From a virus, in IMG/VR virus record IMGVR_UViG_3300046507_000282, positions 1 through 64,000 of that record: DNA of 64,000 nucleotides; one strand, 5' to 3'. The position numbers were made by a program, and so were the translations under genes. The notes below the pieces were generated by a model. It worked only from the letters and a program-made list of their open reading frames with translations, did not search any database and was not told where the DNA came from. Numbering within the stretch: position 1 is the first letter of the stretch; each line of letters starts with the position of its first letter. Below are positions 27,873-37,312 of the stretch, piece after piece.

Positions 27873-28021
27873 GTTGTCACCTGTTGTCCGTGTGTTTCAT
27901 CAGCACCCACTCTAGGGTCACGACAACGCGAAACACCGACAACACCGACAACAAGCGGCAACTGGGCGATACCGGATTCCCATGTTGAATTTGAGAAACA
28001 AGGCGACAACATACCGACAAC
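27873..28021. repeat. Cluster of CGACAAC direct repeats and inverted GTTGTC copies
   Basis: CGACAAC at 27921, 27937, 27946, 28004, 28015; GTTGTC at 27873, 27883. Confidence 0.7.
27909..27923 (-). promoter_or_regulatory. Putative late promoter TCGTGACCCTAGAGT (terS)
   Basis: Matches late motif. Confidence 0.6.
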
Positions 28022-28050
28022 ATTTATCTGCGTCAAGCGCCGAAAAGGTG

Positions 28051-28079
28051 TTGACAGTCATCTGCTGCATAGGCAGAAT
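28051..28079 (+). promoter_or_regulatory. Sigma70-type early promoter TTGACA-17-CAGAAT overlapped by operator 28061-28077
   Basis: Consensus -35, 17-bp spacer, perfect palindrome. Confidence 0.75.
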
Positions 28080-28119
28080 AACTACATCGCAGCAAACAAC
28101 CCCTACCCGGAGATACCCC

Positions 28120-28458
28120 ATGGCCGCAACGAAGACCACAGCCGCAGCAATCGCCACCCGCGCACGTCTCGACGCAATCACGAAGCTGGGTAGACTTTTC
28201 AAATGCACGCCGCAGAAGGCAGAGGAGCGCATGCTGCGACCCAACCCGAAGTACGCGCCCTATCGCGTGGCGTTCTCGAATTTCGTGGATGACGCAATCT
28301 CGAACGTCTTCGCTCACGTCGATAACGGGCATTGCACCCTCGTGCCGATGCATTGGGCCGCTGTTGAGCGCGCCGATGCGAACGTGCAGGCAAATCCGCT
28401 GGGCCGCCTGCATGGCTCGAACGTCTCCTACTGGGTTCCGTCGAAGGCGGCTGCGTAA
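28120..28458 (+). CDS. Early hypothetical protein
   Basis: GGAG RBS directly after the promoter. Confidence 0.7.
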   Translation: MAATKTTAAAIATRARLDAITKLGRLFKCTPQKAEERMLRPNPKYAPYRVAFSNFVDDAISNVFAHVDNGHCTLVPMHWAAVERADANVQANPLGRLHGSNVSYWVPSKAAA

Positions 28459-28585
28459 TGCATACGACCTTCAAGCAAAAGCTGTTCACGGCCTTCTGTG
28501 TGGCCTTCACGGGCACAGTTCTCGGCTCTTTCTTTTGGGCGGCGCTCGGCGCTGGCGTTTCTCACCTGACGCATTGAGGTATCGA

Positions 28586-28882
28586 ATGAATGCATCACAA
28601 ATTGCAGAAGGGCTCCAAGCTGCGACGGGCTGCACGAAGCTGGCAGCAGAGTCGGCGGCCTGCATGGCGCTCAGCTATTGCCGCAACGTCAAGACATATG
28701 CCGAGAGCATGAGCATCGTGCGCGCGGCTACGGCTATCCCGACGTTCGATCACCTCACCATCAAATGCACCACGAACCCGAACTTCATGGAGCAATGGTC
28801 ATTTGACGCGCGGGACCAAGCGAAAGACCGCTGCGACGAGTTGAATCGCAATCTCGCCCATCCGGCGTATTTCATCGCCTAG
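28586..28882 (+). CDS. Hypothetical protein
   Basis: GAGGT RBS. Confidence 0.65.
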   Translation: MNASQIAEGLQAATGCTKLAAESAACMALSYCRNVKTYAESMSIVRAATAIPTFDHLTIKCTTNPNFMEQWSFDARDQAKDRCDELNRNLAHPAYFIA

Positions 28883-28934
28883 TAATCTGTGCCAGAAGTA
28901 GATTTTCCCTCAACCCTTGTAGGAAACGAAAAAA

Positions 28935-29666
28935 ATGAAAGTATCTAACGATGTTCTCGCCGTCCTGAGCGGAGCACAAACGAATGCAAACGCACTGGCG
29001 CTCGTCGGCCAACTGGATCGCAAGCTGTACGCAGCGACTAACAAAGTCATCGAAGCGGCTGGCGGCAAGTGGAACCGAAAGGCGAAGGCGCATCTGTTCG
29101 ACGGCGATGCAGCCGAGCGCATCGACCAAATCATCCTCACGGGCGACATCACAATTCCGCAGGACTTCGGCTACTTCCCGACTCCTACCGCTGTAGTGGC
29201 GCGGCTGGTCGAACTGGCGGACGTGCCGGGCAATGCACGACTGCTGGAGCCGAGCGCCGGGCGCGGAAACATCGCGAGCGCATATCTCGGCATCTGCTTT
29301 ATCGACTGCATTGAACTTCTGCCCGAAAACGTGGCGCATTTGCGCAAGCAGTCATTCGATAGCGTCACCGAAGCGGACTTCCTCACCATCGCGCCGACGC
29401 CGATCTATGACCGCATCGTCATGAACCCGCCGTTCGCCAAGCAGGACGACATCAAGCACGTCATGCACGCGAGCCAGTTCCTTGCGGTCGGCGGTCGCCT
29501 GGTATCCGTCATGTCGGCGGGCGTGTTGTTCCGTCAAGACAAGCGCACGACAGCGTTCCGCGAGTTCGTGGACGCACGCGGCGGAGTGTTCGAAGACGTT
29601 CCAGAAGGCTCGTTCAAGTCGTCCGGAACGATGGTCAACACGGTCATCGTCACCATCGACGCCTAA
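28935..29666 (+). CDS. DNA N6-adenine methyltransferase
   Basis: YFPTP, LLEPSAGRG, DFL, IVMNPPF, GGRLV. Confidence 0.88.
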   Translation: MKVSNDVLAVLSGAQTNANALALVGQLDRKLYAATNKVIEAAGGKWNRKAKAHLFDGDAAERIDQIILTGDITIPQDFGYFPTPTAVVARLVELADVPGNARLLEPSAGRGNIASAYLGICFIDCIELLPENVAHLRKQSFDSVTEADFLTIAPTPIYDRIVMNPPFAKQDDIKHVMHASQFLAVGGRLVSVMSAGVLFRQDKRTTAFREFVDARGGVFEDVPEGSFKSSGTMVNTVIVTIDA

Positions 29667-29731
29667 CTTTTCGCCTGGGAATCTGCTCACAGAGTAGATT
29701 CCACCTTCAACCTCTGTAGGAGAAGCAAAAA

Positions 29732-30025
29732 ATGACGATCAAATCCGCAATCATCGGCCTGTTTGTTACGCCGAGCGCCGAGCAGCAAGACAGAATCCGC
29801 CTCTCTCGCGCAAAAGTAGAGCTGGCCGAACTCGAATGCAACCTCGAAGCGACGAAGGCGCATCGCGACATGCTGAAGGCGCGCATCGAACGCCTCGAAG
29901 GCGTCGTTGAGATGCGCCCGGCGCGCAGCAGCACTCAAGCGCCGCATCCCGGACCGGCTCACTTCAATGCCGGTAGCGGTCAGTTCCCCGCGCCGATCAT
30001 GCGCGACCGCAGCGCGACCGCCTAA
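29732..30025 (+). CDS. Hypothetical protein
   Basis: AGGAG RBS, short coiled coil. Confidence 0.65.
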   Translation: MTIKSAIIGLFVTPSAEQQDRIRLSRAKVELAELECNLEATKAHRDMLKARIERLEGVVEMRPARSSTQAPHPGPAHFNAGSGQFPAPIMRDRSATA

Positions 30026-30047
30026 CCACGCACAAGGGAGCGCGACC

Positions 30048-30332
30048 ATGAATGGACGCCGCAGAGAACAATTCAAGGGCATCTATCCCGGCCCATACCG
30101 CGCACGGGAGCGCACCAAGTCGGATATCGCCGTGACGGCGGAAGGCCCGGAAGGTCCGGTTGTCGTTGGCCGCTTCTACGCGACCAAGTCGATTGACGCA
30201 GAGGCACAGGCGCGGGCGTACGCAGCGCTGCCTGACCTTCTCAATGCGCTTCGTGCCGTCCACTTGGCAATGCATCCTGACGTGCGCCTGCGCGAACAGG
30301 TTTGGGATGCACTCGAAAAGGCGGGGCTCTAA
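30048..30332 (+). CDS. Hypothetical phage protein
   Basis: PGPY...ARAYAALPDLL.AL pattern. Confidence 0.65.
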   Translation: MNGRRREQFKGIYPGPYRARERTKSDIAVTAEGPEGPVVVGRFYATKSIDAEAQARAYAALPDLLNALRAVHLAMHPDVRLREQVWDALEKAGL

Positions 30333-30553
30333 TGGCGCTGCACGGCTGCCACAACTTGCCGCGCGAAGGAAAGCCGTTGCTCGTACAGGACGGCTGGACT
30401 GTCGTAGGGAACAACTACAACTTCATGACGCATGAGCACTTCACCACGCGCAAGCCCGTCATGGTCGAAATCCCGTTCGTGAATTCAATCGATTGCAGGC
30501 ACGACAAGCGTTTGACCGATCCCGGCTGTACCGATTGCACCCATGCAAAGTAA
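30332..30553 (+). CDS. Small Cys-rich protein
   Basis: GCHN...DCRHD...DPGCTDC. Confidence 0.65.
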   Translation: MALHGCHNLPREGKPLLVQDGWTVVGNNYNFMTHEHFTTRKPVMVEIPFVNSIDCRHDKRLTDPGCTDCTHAK

Positions 30554-31172
30554 TCAGCGAAGCATCTACATGCGCGGCCTGTTCGACGGGCTTCGCGAAG
30601 GAATGAGCAAGGAAATGACGCCGAAGAAGTTCAAGTTGACGCTCGACGGTATGAGCGCGATCTGCATCAAACTTTTCGATCACGTTCCGATTCAGGAGGC
30701 GTGGACGGCTAATCAAATCACGACCGCCATGCGCCGCCAGGCTGGCACGTCGCCCGACCTGAAAACGGTCACCGGCTGCCTCAACAGCCTGAAGGAAGCC
30801 GGGCTCGTCAAAGAGACTGAGCGCGGCCTGTTCCGCCAGGTAGTGCCTCGCGAGACGCCCGCGCCCATTGGCGAGCACATCGCCAGCCTGCCGAAGGTTC
30901 CGATCACGGCGTCACCGTCATTCACTGGCACTCTGACGACCACCGCAATCGCCGAGCGCCCCGAACCCCTCTGGACCCCGGCGCTGGCACGCGAAGCGAG
31001 CCCGGCGCAAACATTCGGCGTAATTGCCGATGGATTACGTATCCAAGCCGCAGGGCTCTTGAAGAAGGCGGATGAAATGGATGCTGCTGCGCTCGCGTTC
31101 GAGCAGCAGATCGAAGACGCGAACAAGCGCCTCGAACGCTTCAACCAACTGAAAGCGCTTCTCGCATCCTAA
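30543..31172 (+). CDS. Winged-HTH/coiled-coil hypothetical protein
   Basis: GCLNSLKEAGLVKE; C-terminal coiled coil. Confidence 0.7.
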   Translation: MQSNQRSIYMRGLFDGLREGMSKEMTPKKFKLTLDGMSAICIKLFDHVPIQEAWTANQITTAMRRQAGTSPDLKTVTGCLNSLKEAGLVKETERGLFRQVVPRETPAPIGEHIASLPKVPITASPSFTGTLTTTAIAERPEPLWTPALAREASPAQTFGVIADGLRIQAAGLLKKADEMDAAALAFEQQIEDANKRLERFNQLKALLAS

Positions 31173-31222
31173 GCGCGTAGGGCTCCCCGGCCACTTACCC
31201 ATATTCAACAAGGATTTCAAGC

Positions 31223-31957
31223 ATGACGAATGAACTGAAAGAAGCGAACCCGGCACCGTGGACGCGCATTCAAGAGCCGACTATCACGCCCGGAAAATAC
31301 GGCGGAGAGCGCGAAACGAAGTACGAACACCCCGCGTACGGCATGATCGGCGCGTCGCGCGTGAGCGGTGGAACGATGCTCTATGGATCGGACTTCCAAC
31401 ACAACTCGTTCATTCGAATCACCGTGCGCGAGTCCTACCTGAAGCGCGGCCTTTCGACTGATTGGCCCCACGGCCATGACGAACTTATCGAACTCGACGT
31501 GAGCGAGGCGCAGTGGGCCCAGTTCGTAAGCGCTATGAATGTCGGATTCGGCGTCCAATGCACGCTGCGCCATGTGCAAGGCGAGTTCCGCCCCGGTCTG
31601 CCAAAGCCAGCGAGCCGCGTCGATCAATTTGCAGGCGAAGCCAAGGCGAAGCTCACCCGCGCGCTTGACGAACTCACGGCGCTCCACAGCGCGATTGACG
31701 AACTCAAACTGAGCGAGAAGCAGAAGAACGCGCTGAAGTCCCATGTTCAGCAGGCCCGCCAGCAGTTCACAAGCAATCTTCCATTCGTGTTGCAGCAGTT
31801 CAAGGAACACATGGAAGAAACGGTTCACAAGGCGCGCACAGAAGTGAATGCCTATGCGGTCCACGCTCTCATGAAAACCGGCCTAGCCGCGCTTCCTGAC
31901 GGCGGACAAAGCCTCAAGATGCTGCACTCTGAATCGTCAGAAACCGATAAGGAATAA
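31223..31957 (+). CDS. Phage hypothetical protein
   Basis: HPAYGMI..SRVSG...LYGSD, SEAQWAQFVS. Confidence 0.8.
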   Translation: MTNELKEANPAPWTRIQEPTITPGKYGGERETKYEHPAYGMIGASRVSGGTMLYGSDFQHNSFIRITVRESYLKRGLSTDWPHGHDELIELDVSEAQWAQFVSAMNVGFGVQCTLRHVQGEFRPGLPKPASRVDQFAGEAKAKLTRALDELTALHSAIDELKLSEKQKNALKSHVQQARQQFTSNLPFVLQQFKEHMEETVHKARTEVNAYAVHALMKTGLAALPDGGQSLKMLHSESSETDKE

Positions 31958-31964
31958 GGCTTTT

Positions 31965-32219
31965 ATGGCAACCCGCCTCGACCTCACGAAATGCCCCATC
32001 GCCGGCATCAAGCGCAAGGCGCGCGAGATTCTCGACGCGGTCGCGGGCGGCACTCACCCGCTGAAACTCGGCGGCCAGACACTCGAATCGACCGAGAGCA
32101 CCGTGATATCGGTTCCGGTCGGCCTGCGGTTCCGGCTGCTGTTCAGAGCGCGCACGCTTGAACCGTTCGATTTCATGACTCACGAGCAGTACAACAAATT
32201 CATCCGCAGTCGTCGTTAA
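31965..32219 (+). CDS. Small basic protein, possible ParE/RelE-like fold
   Basis: ISVPVGLRFRLL...MTHEQYN. Confidence 0.5.
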   Translation: MATRLDLTKCPIAGIKRKAREILDAVAGGTHPLKLGGQTLESTESTVISVPVGLRFRLLFRARTLEPFDFMTHEQYNKFIRSRR

Positions 32220-32246
32220 AACCCTTATTCAACAAGGAATTCAAGC

Positions 32247-32819
32247 ATGTCCAACATCATCGATCTGTCCGCAGCAACGCCCGCGACGCGCAACGCCGTC
32301 GGCGAGGCCGCGCACGACGCGCAACTGCAGCAGACCGTGCTGGCGCAAATGCTCAGCCTCATCAACATGAGCAAGACGAGCCTGCCCGCGCTTCAACTGC
32401 AGGCCATCGAGCTTCTGCAAACGGAAGGGATCGCCGTGGCCGTCGAATTCCTGGCGCAGAAATGCGACCTCGAAGGAAACGAATGGGTCAAGCTGATCCG
32501 CTCGCAGATCGTGGCCGCTCACGCCAAGGGCGCGGCGGATGCAGAGGCCGCCTACCAGGCGCAGCAGGAAGCCGCTGCAGCCGCTCCTGCGCCCGCGCCG
32601 AGTACCGATGGATACCTCAACGTTTCCGTTGGCTTCGCACCGACTGCAACCGCCGAGAACGCAGGCGCGATCCGCACGGCTCTGCTTCTGGCGTTTGTAC
32701 AGGTCTCTCAGCAGTTCCCCGATAGCGTCATCGAACCGGAAACGGCGCGCATCGCGGAGACATGGCTGCCGACTGAAGACGAGGGCGACGATTGCGAGGA
32801 AGGCAGCCGCCCGGCGTAA
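32247..32819 (+). CDS. Hypothetical protein
   Basis: AAGGA RBS; followed by a terminator. Confidence 0.7.
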   Translation: MSNIIDLSAATPATRNAVGEAAHDAQLQQTVLAQMLSLINMSKTSLPALQLQAIELLQTEGIAVAVEFLAQKCDLEGNEWVKLIRSQIVAAHAKGAADAEAAYQAQQEAAAAAPAPAPSTDGYLNVSVGFAPTATAENAGAIRTALLLAFVQVSQQFPDSVIEPETARIAETWLPTEDEGDDCEEGSRPA

Positions 32820-32840
32820 CCCGACCGCTCCCCAGCACCA

Positions 32841-32862
32841 CCCCGCTTAGGCGGGTTTTTTT
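32841..32862 (+). terminator. Rho-independent terminator
   Basis: cccgcttaggcggg followed by a T-run. Confidence 0.75.
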
Positions 32863-32893
32863 GCGTCCGCTTGTCTGTAAATTTCTCTTGTCT

Positions 32894-32910
32894 TCTGCGC
32901 TACACGCAGA
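32894..32910. promoter_or_regulatory. Putative operator within promoter TTGTCT-17-TACTAT
   Basis: Perfect TCTGC-N7-GCAGA; variant copy at 32917. Confidence 0.65.
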
Positions 32911-32960
32911 TACTATTCTTTCGTTGCAGCAGATTCCCTTTACCTACCGAGGTTTTCGCC

Positions 32961-33131
32961 ATGAGCACCAGCAGACAGAACTACCGCATCACCTTCGCGT
33001 CCCAAAATTTCGACGCGATGGCAGCCGTGGATGTGAAGGCTTACGACGAAGCCCATGCGATCCGTCTGGCGGAATCTGCGCTGCATCCCGACTTCAACCC
33101 CCAACTTCACCATATCGAATTGCTCGCCTGA
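32961..33131 (+). CDS. Hypothetical protein
   Basis: GAGGT RBS. Confidence 0.55.
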   Translation: MSTSRQNYRITFASQNFDAMAAVDVKAYDEAHAIRLAESALHPDFNPQLHHIELLA

Positions 33132-33132
33132 C

Positions 33133-34137
33133 ATGAAAGACTCAGACATCCAAGCCGTGGCGCTTAAGCACGGCCTGCCCATGACTCACGCATATGACCA
33201 CCCGTGGGCGTACACCGACCAGGTTATGGCCTTTGGCCGAGAACTCGCTGGCGATACGCCGCCGCGCCGCGTGTTTCCGCCGCTCCCCCTGTCCGTGTTC
33301 GAGCATCCGAAGCTCGGCGAAATGTGGATGCGCTTTGACCTGCACTCGTATGCCGAGCGCCACGCGCGCAATGTGCAGGACGAACTCGACGCACTGAAGA
33401 ACGCCGCGCGCACCGTGCTCGCAAACGGCACGCAGCACGACGTTGGCGGCGGAGACGTATTCCTTAGCACGTGTGACTCGACGGAAGCGCTACAGCGCGC
33501 GTGCGACTGTGCCGAGGGCAAGATTTTCAGCGACGTGGAACCCGATGGCTCGACGTGCCCGGCATGCACAGCTATTCACGAGATCGGCGGTCGCATGGTC
33601 TCCCGCATCGAAGCGCCGAAAGGCTTCAGGGTCCGCACCGTATCGGAAGGTCTCGGCGTCACGCTCGTTATCGTTGAGCCATCAGTGCCAGCCATTGAGT
33701 GCGCGGCACGCAAGCAAGGCACCGCAGGCGGCAACGCGCCCGCCGATTGCGACTGGCCCGGCTGCGACTGCGATCCGGAAGCAGGAAAGGTTATCGAAGC
33801 GTTGCTCGAACAGCACAACGTCGCCACGACGTTCGCGCAGCGTGACGTGTTGCGTGAGCGCAGCGAGCAAGGCACTCGCGAGGGATTCGGCCCGGCGCAT
33901 GACGACGCGCACCGCCCCGGCGTTCTCTCCAAGGCTGCGGCAGCGTACGCGCTCGCTGCGAGCGACGAACTGACGGGCGGCGCTGGTGGGTTCTTCCGGA
34001 TGCCGTCCCGCATGTGGCCTTTCTCCATGACCTGGTGGAAGCCGAAGAACCCGCGCACAGCGATGGTGAAGGCTGCCGCACTCCTGATCGCCGAAATCGA
34101 GAAGATCGACCGCGCAGACGCGCAAAGGACCAAGTAA
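33133..34137 (+). CDS. Mosaic phage accessory protein
   Basis: Modules DCDWPGCDCDP and ER..Q...EG....HDD...WP....WKP...KAAAL..AEIE.IDR. Confidence 0.75.
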   Translation: MKDSDIQAVALKHGLPMTHAYDHPWAYTDQVMAFGRELAGDTPPRRVFPPLPLSVFEHPKLGEMWMRFDLHSYAERHARNVQDELDALKNAARTVLANGTQHDVGGGDVFLSTCDSTEALQRACDCAEGKIFSDVEPDGSTCPACTAIHEIGGRMVSRIEAPKGFRVRTVSEGLGVTLVIVEPSVPAIECAARKQGTAGGNAPADCDWPGCDCDPEAGKVIEALLEQHNVATTFAQRDVLRERSEQGTREGFGPAHDDAHRPGVLSKAAAAYALAASDELTGGAGGFFRMPSRMWPFSMTWWKPKNPRTAMVKAAALLIAEIEKIDRADAQRTK

Positions 34138-34898
34138 TGAACACTGAAAAATATTTCGATGAATGGCTGCACCGCGAATACGGACTCACGCCGAATTCAG
34201 CCAAGCGCGCGTCGTTTGGCCTGAGCGGGCTTATGGCCGCATGGCATGCCGCGCCCGGCGAGCGGTTCCAAGCGCGCGTCGCGCCGTGGATGCTTGCGTG
34301 CTTCGGCGAAATAATCGCGGGCGACCGCGAGGAGCGAAATCACCGCTTCATTGAAGAGGCGCTCGAACTGATTCAGGCATGCGGATGCAGCGCGAGCGAG
34401 GCGCATCAGCTTGTCGATTACGTGTTCAATCGTCCGGTCGGCGAGCCGCACCAGGAAGTCGGCGGCGTCATGGTCACGCTGGCCGCGCTGTGCCTCGCGA
34501 ATGATCTTGATATGCACGCGCATGCCGAAACCGAACTGGCCCGCGTGTGGACGAAGGTCGAAGCCATCCGTGCCAAGCAGGCAGCGAAGCCGAAGTATTC
34601 CGCGCTCCCGATTGCGCCACCGAAGTTCCTGTTCGTTGCAATGGACGACGACAAGCGCGGCCATCAGACCTACTGCGCCGACGAAGCCGCCGTGCGTGTA
34701 GCCGTGCGCAATGCGATCTATTTCGGCGACGCCGAGCTTACGCCAGAAGGCAATGAGGAAGTGGCCGGCATCACTGACGACCTGATCGAATGCGGCGCGC
34801 ATCACTTCGAAGGCGACGCGCCTCTCTACCTGTTCCGCCTGCCCGATCCGGTCGGCGACGAATCGCACCACTCGAACCTGAATGGGGGATCGCTGTGA
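34137..34898 (+). CDS. MazG-like NTP pyrophosphohydrolase domain protein
   Basis: RFIEEALEL...QEVGGVMVTLAAL helical motif. Confidence 0.6.
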   Translation: MNTEKYFDEWLHREYGLTPNSAKRASFGLSGLMAAWHAAPGERFQARVAPWMLACFGEIIAGDREERNHRFIEEALELIQACGCSASEAHQLVDYVFNRPVGEPHQEVGGVMVTLAALCLANDLDMHAHAETELARVWTKVEAIRAKQAAKPKYSALPIAPPKFLFVAMDDDKRGHQTYCADEAAVRVAVRNAIYFGDAELTPEGNEEVAGITDDLIECGAHHFEGDAPLYLFRLPDPVGDESHHSNLNGGSL

Positions 34899-35338
34899 GC
34901 GAACTGATCCCTGAACGCGTGCTCGACAAGCTCTGGCAGGGCGCGTTCCTGTCCTCGTATCACCCTGAAGGCGACCAGCGCTTCAAGCTGCTGAATTATG
35001 GTCGCGCCGTGGTCGCCGAGACCATCGCGCGCATTCCTAGCGGCTGGCATACCGGCAACCCCGACATCCCGAAGGGCACCGAGTGCGAATTCATCGTGGC
35101 CGTGCTCCGCAAGCATCGCAGCAAGCCGTTCGTGTTCTCCGCTCAATACGCGAATGAGTACACCGACGACGACAGCATTGAAGACCGCGACGGCAAAGCG
35201 CTCACGTTGAGCGGCTGGTATCTCTGCGGTCTCGACATGAGCGGCGAGTTCAATAACGTGTACGAAAAACTGACGATCAACGAAGGCGACGAGATCGTTG
35301 GCTGGCAGCCGCTCCCGACATGGGGCGAACCAGCATGA
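34895..35338 (+). CDS. Hypothetical protein (DUF551-like C-terminus)
   Basis: Ends IVGWQPLP. Confidence 0.6.
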   Translation: MSELIPERVLDKLWQGAFLSSYHPEGDQRFKLLNYGRAVVAETIARIPSGWHTGNPDIPKGTECEFIVAVLRKHRSKPFVFSAQYANEYTDDDSIEDRDGKALTLSGWYLCGLDMSGEFNNVYEKLTINEGDEIVGWQPLPTWGEPA

Positions 35339-35700
35339 GCAAGTTCGCAGTCCTCTTCCGCTGCAAGGAAGTACTCGTGCATGAGTCTCTGCGCAACTCC
35401 CGCGTCGATCCCGTAATGACGAAGGCTGGCATGCTCGCCTGGCTTGTCGATAGCGAAGGTTACTGGTGTGGCGAAACTTTCAGCGAGTACGGACGCAGGA
35501 CGGACAGGAAAAATATCCCGCACAACGTCGTCACGTTCGAGTCGCGTGAGAAGGCCGAAAAGAAGTGGCCGCCGTTCATGCGAGGAGAAAGCCACGGAAC
35601 CATCGGCCCGTGGTGGATCGACCCCGATGGCTGGTACGAGATTGTCGAAATTAAACCGAAGTTCAAACAAGTCCCCGACGGATACGAGGAAGTGAAATGA
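35335..35700 (+). CDS. Hypothetical protein
   Basis: Coupled ORF. Confidence 0.6.
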   Translation: MSKFAVLFRCKEVLVHESLRNSRVDPVMTKAGMLAWLVDSEGYWCGETFSEYGRRTDRKNIPHNVVTFESREKAEKKWPPFMRGESHGTIGPWWIDPDGWYEIVEIKPKFKQVPDGYEEVK

Positions 35701-35993
35701 ACGTCGAAATGCCGAAGTTTCTCGGCTGCCCGTTTTGCGGGAATCAGCCAAAGATCGAGATTCAAGAGCCCGTTGAATACGACACGCGCGGCGTATGGGT
35801 ATGGCTTCGCTGCAACTGCTTCGAAGTCCCGCAGCACAAGGGCGTCAATCGCTCGACGCATCGCCGCGAGAACTATCCGCACGGCGAAGAGACCCGCTAC
35901 CGCACCAACGAAGCGGCGGCGCAGGATGCACTTAACGACATGGCGCGCTATTGGAACACCCGCGCGCCGATCAACAACGAGGCAGCGAAGTGA
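35697..35993 (+). CDS. Lar-like restriction-alleviation zinc protein
   Basis: CPFCG...C.C...WNTRA. Confidence 0.65.
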   Translation: MNVEMPKFLGCPFCGNQPKIEIQEPVEYDTRGVWVWLRCNCFEVPQHKGVNRSTHRRENYPHGEETRYRTNEAAAQDALNDMARYWNTRAPINNEAAK

Positions 35994-36409
35994 GCGACAC
36001 CCTGAAGAAACCGAACAGCATCCCGGCAGCAATCGCGGCCATCCGCACGCTTGAGGCAGCGGGCTACACCTACAACGAAGGCGCGAGCCTTTGGAGGCCG
36101 CCGCTTGGCAAGCGTCCGGACTTCACGAAAAGCCTGCTCGCGCGCCAGGTTGAGAACGGCAATTACTGGGTCTACCAAGGCGACGGAGAAGACCACCTTG
36201 AAAGCCTGACGTGCCCCGTGATCATCAATCCGATGCGCCTGAAGGGCGCAATCGACAACTGCAATGCGTACGGAATTGCGCTGCAGAAGATCGGCTCGGC
36301 GCTGGACATCATGCCCGGCGAGGACATTGGTGAAGTAGCACTGAAGGCCGTCCTGAAAATTAAGTCCGCGCGCCACAACGCAACGCTCGCCGACGCAGGG
36401 GGCGTTTGA
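35990..36409 (+). CDS. Hypothetical protein
   Basis: Coupled ORF; WVYQGDGEDHLESL.CPV. Confidence 0.65.
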   Translation: MSDTLKKPNSIPAAIAAIRTLEAAGYTYNEGASLWRPPLGKRPDFTKSLLARQVENGNYWVYQGDGEDHLESLTCPVIINPMRLKGAIDNCNAYGIALQKIGSALDIMPGEDIGEVALKAVLKIKSARHNATLADAGGV

Positions 36410-36666
36410 TGAAATACATCGTCGCCTCCCTAAAAGGCAAGGAAATGATGTTCGTGTTTCCGCGCAGCATCGACCACGACAAAATGTATGAGGCTATCGG
36501 CGCGATCCGCGTGGGCACAGATCGCGACTGGTCCCGCGACTTCCGCGGCGGCGAAGCAGTCTCGGCCGGCTTCATCGATGGCGGCGTGTGCCATGGCCGC
36601 AGCGAAACCCTTAACCTCGATTCGCGCGGCGCTGCAGATGCCGCGCTGCTGCGTGGAGTTCAGTAA
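36409..36666 (+). CDS. Phage hypothetical protein
   Basis: FVFP..IDH, VSAGF, CHGRSETL. Confidence 0.7.
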   Translation: MKYIVASLKGKEMMFVFPRSIDHDKMYEAIGAIRVGTDRDWSRDFRGGEAVSAGFIDGGVCHGRSETLNLDSRGAADAALLRGVQ

Positions 36667-37082
36667 TGCAAATCCGCACGGCAACGCAGGCCGATTACGA
36701 AGGCTGGACGCAAATGGTCTCCGACTACGTGCCCGCCGCCGCGAGTAGCTGCCCGCGCGCCTGGGCCCGCTTCAATGCGCCGAACCCGAAAGATTTCTGC
36801 GTGGTGGCGATTGAAGACGGCCAGCCGGTCGCGTTCATGCAGTACACGTTCCACGACTTCCCGTTTGCCACCAAGCCGATCTGCTACATGGATTCGCTCT
36901 ACACGCGCCCCGAGTATCGCGGTCAGGGCATCGCGAGCGCGCTGCTCGGCTATCTGACGAGCATGGCGGCCATGAATGGCTGGGGTCGTGTGTACTGGGT
37001 AACCGAGACAAACAACCCGGCCCGCCCGCTCTACGACAAGATCGCGGCGAGCGGTTTCGTCCGCTATAACGTGGATCTCTAA
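36666..37082 (+). CDS. GNAT-family acetyltransferase
   Basis: YMDSLYTRPEYRGQGIASAL, VYW.T..N..AR.LYDK. Confidence 0.9.
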   Translation: MQIRTATQADYEGWTQMVSDYVPAAASSCPRAWARFNAPNPKDFCVVAIEDGQPVAFMQYTFHDFPFATKPICYMDSLYTRPEYRGQGIASALLGYLTSMAAMNGWGRVYWVTETNNPARPLYDKIAASGFVRYNVDL

Positions 37083-37312
37083 TGCGCATCCACATTTCAT
37101 ACGGCCCGGCGCGCAAAAAGCCCATGGTCGGCGACCGCAGGACCACGAAGAAACACGGTGAGCAAATTCGTGTGTTCGAGCGGTCGCAAGGCTGCTACGT
37201 CGTGAGCAACGGACGCCCCTGCTATCAGTGGGTCCCGATCTCCGAAGCAAAGCAGCACATGGCAGACCACCACTGGACGAAAGAGGAGCGCGAGAAGTAT
37301 GCCGGTACATGA
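37082..37312 (+). CDS. Hypothetical protein
   Basis: Coupled ORF. Confidence 0.55.
   Translation: MRIHISYGPARKKPMVGDRRTTKKHGEQIRVFERSQGCYVVSNGRPCYQWVPISEAKQHMADHHWTKEEREKYAGT

Noticed and set aside
27921-28021. Possible CRISPR or mini-array
   Set aside because: Repeats are only 7-9 bp with irregular spacing; no cas operon (48771..49598 is a recombination exonuclease beside recT)
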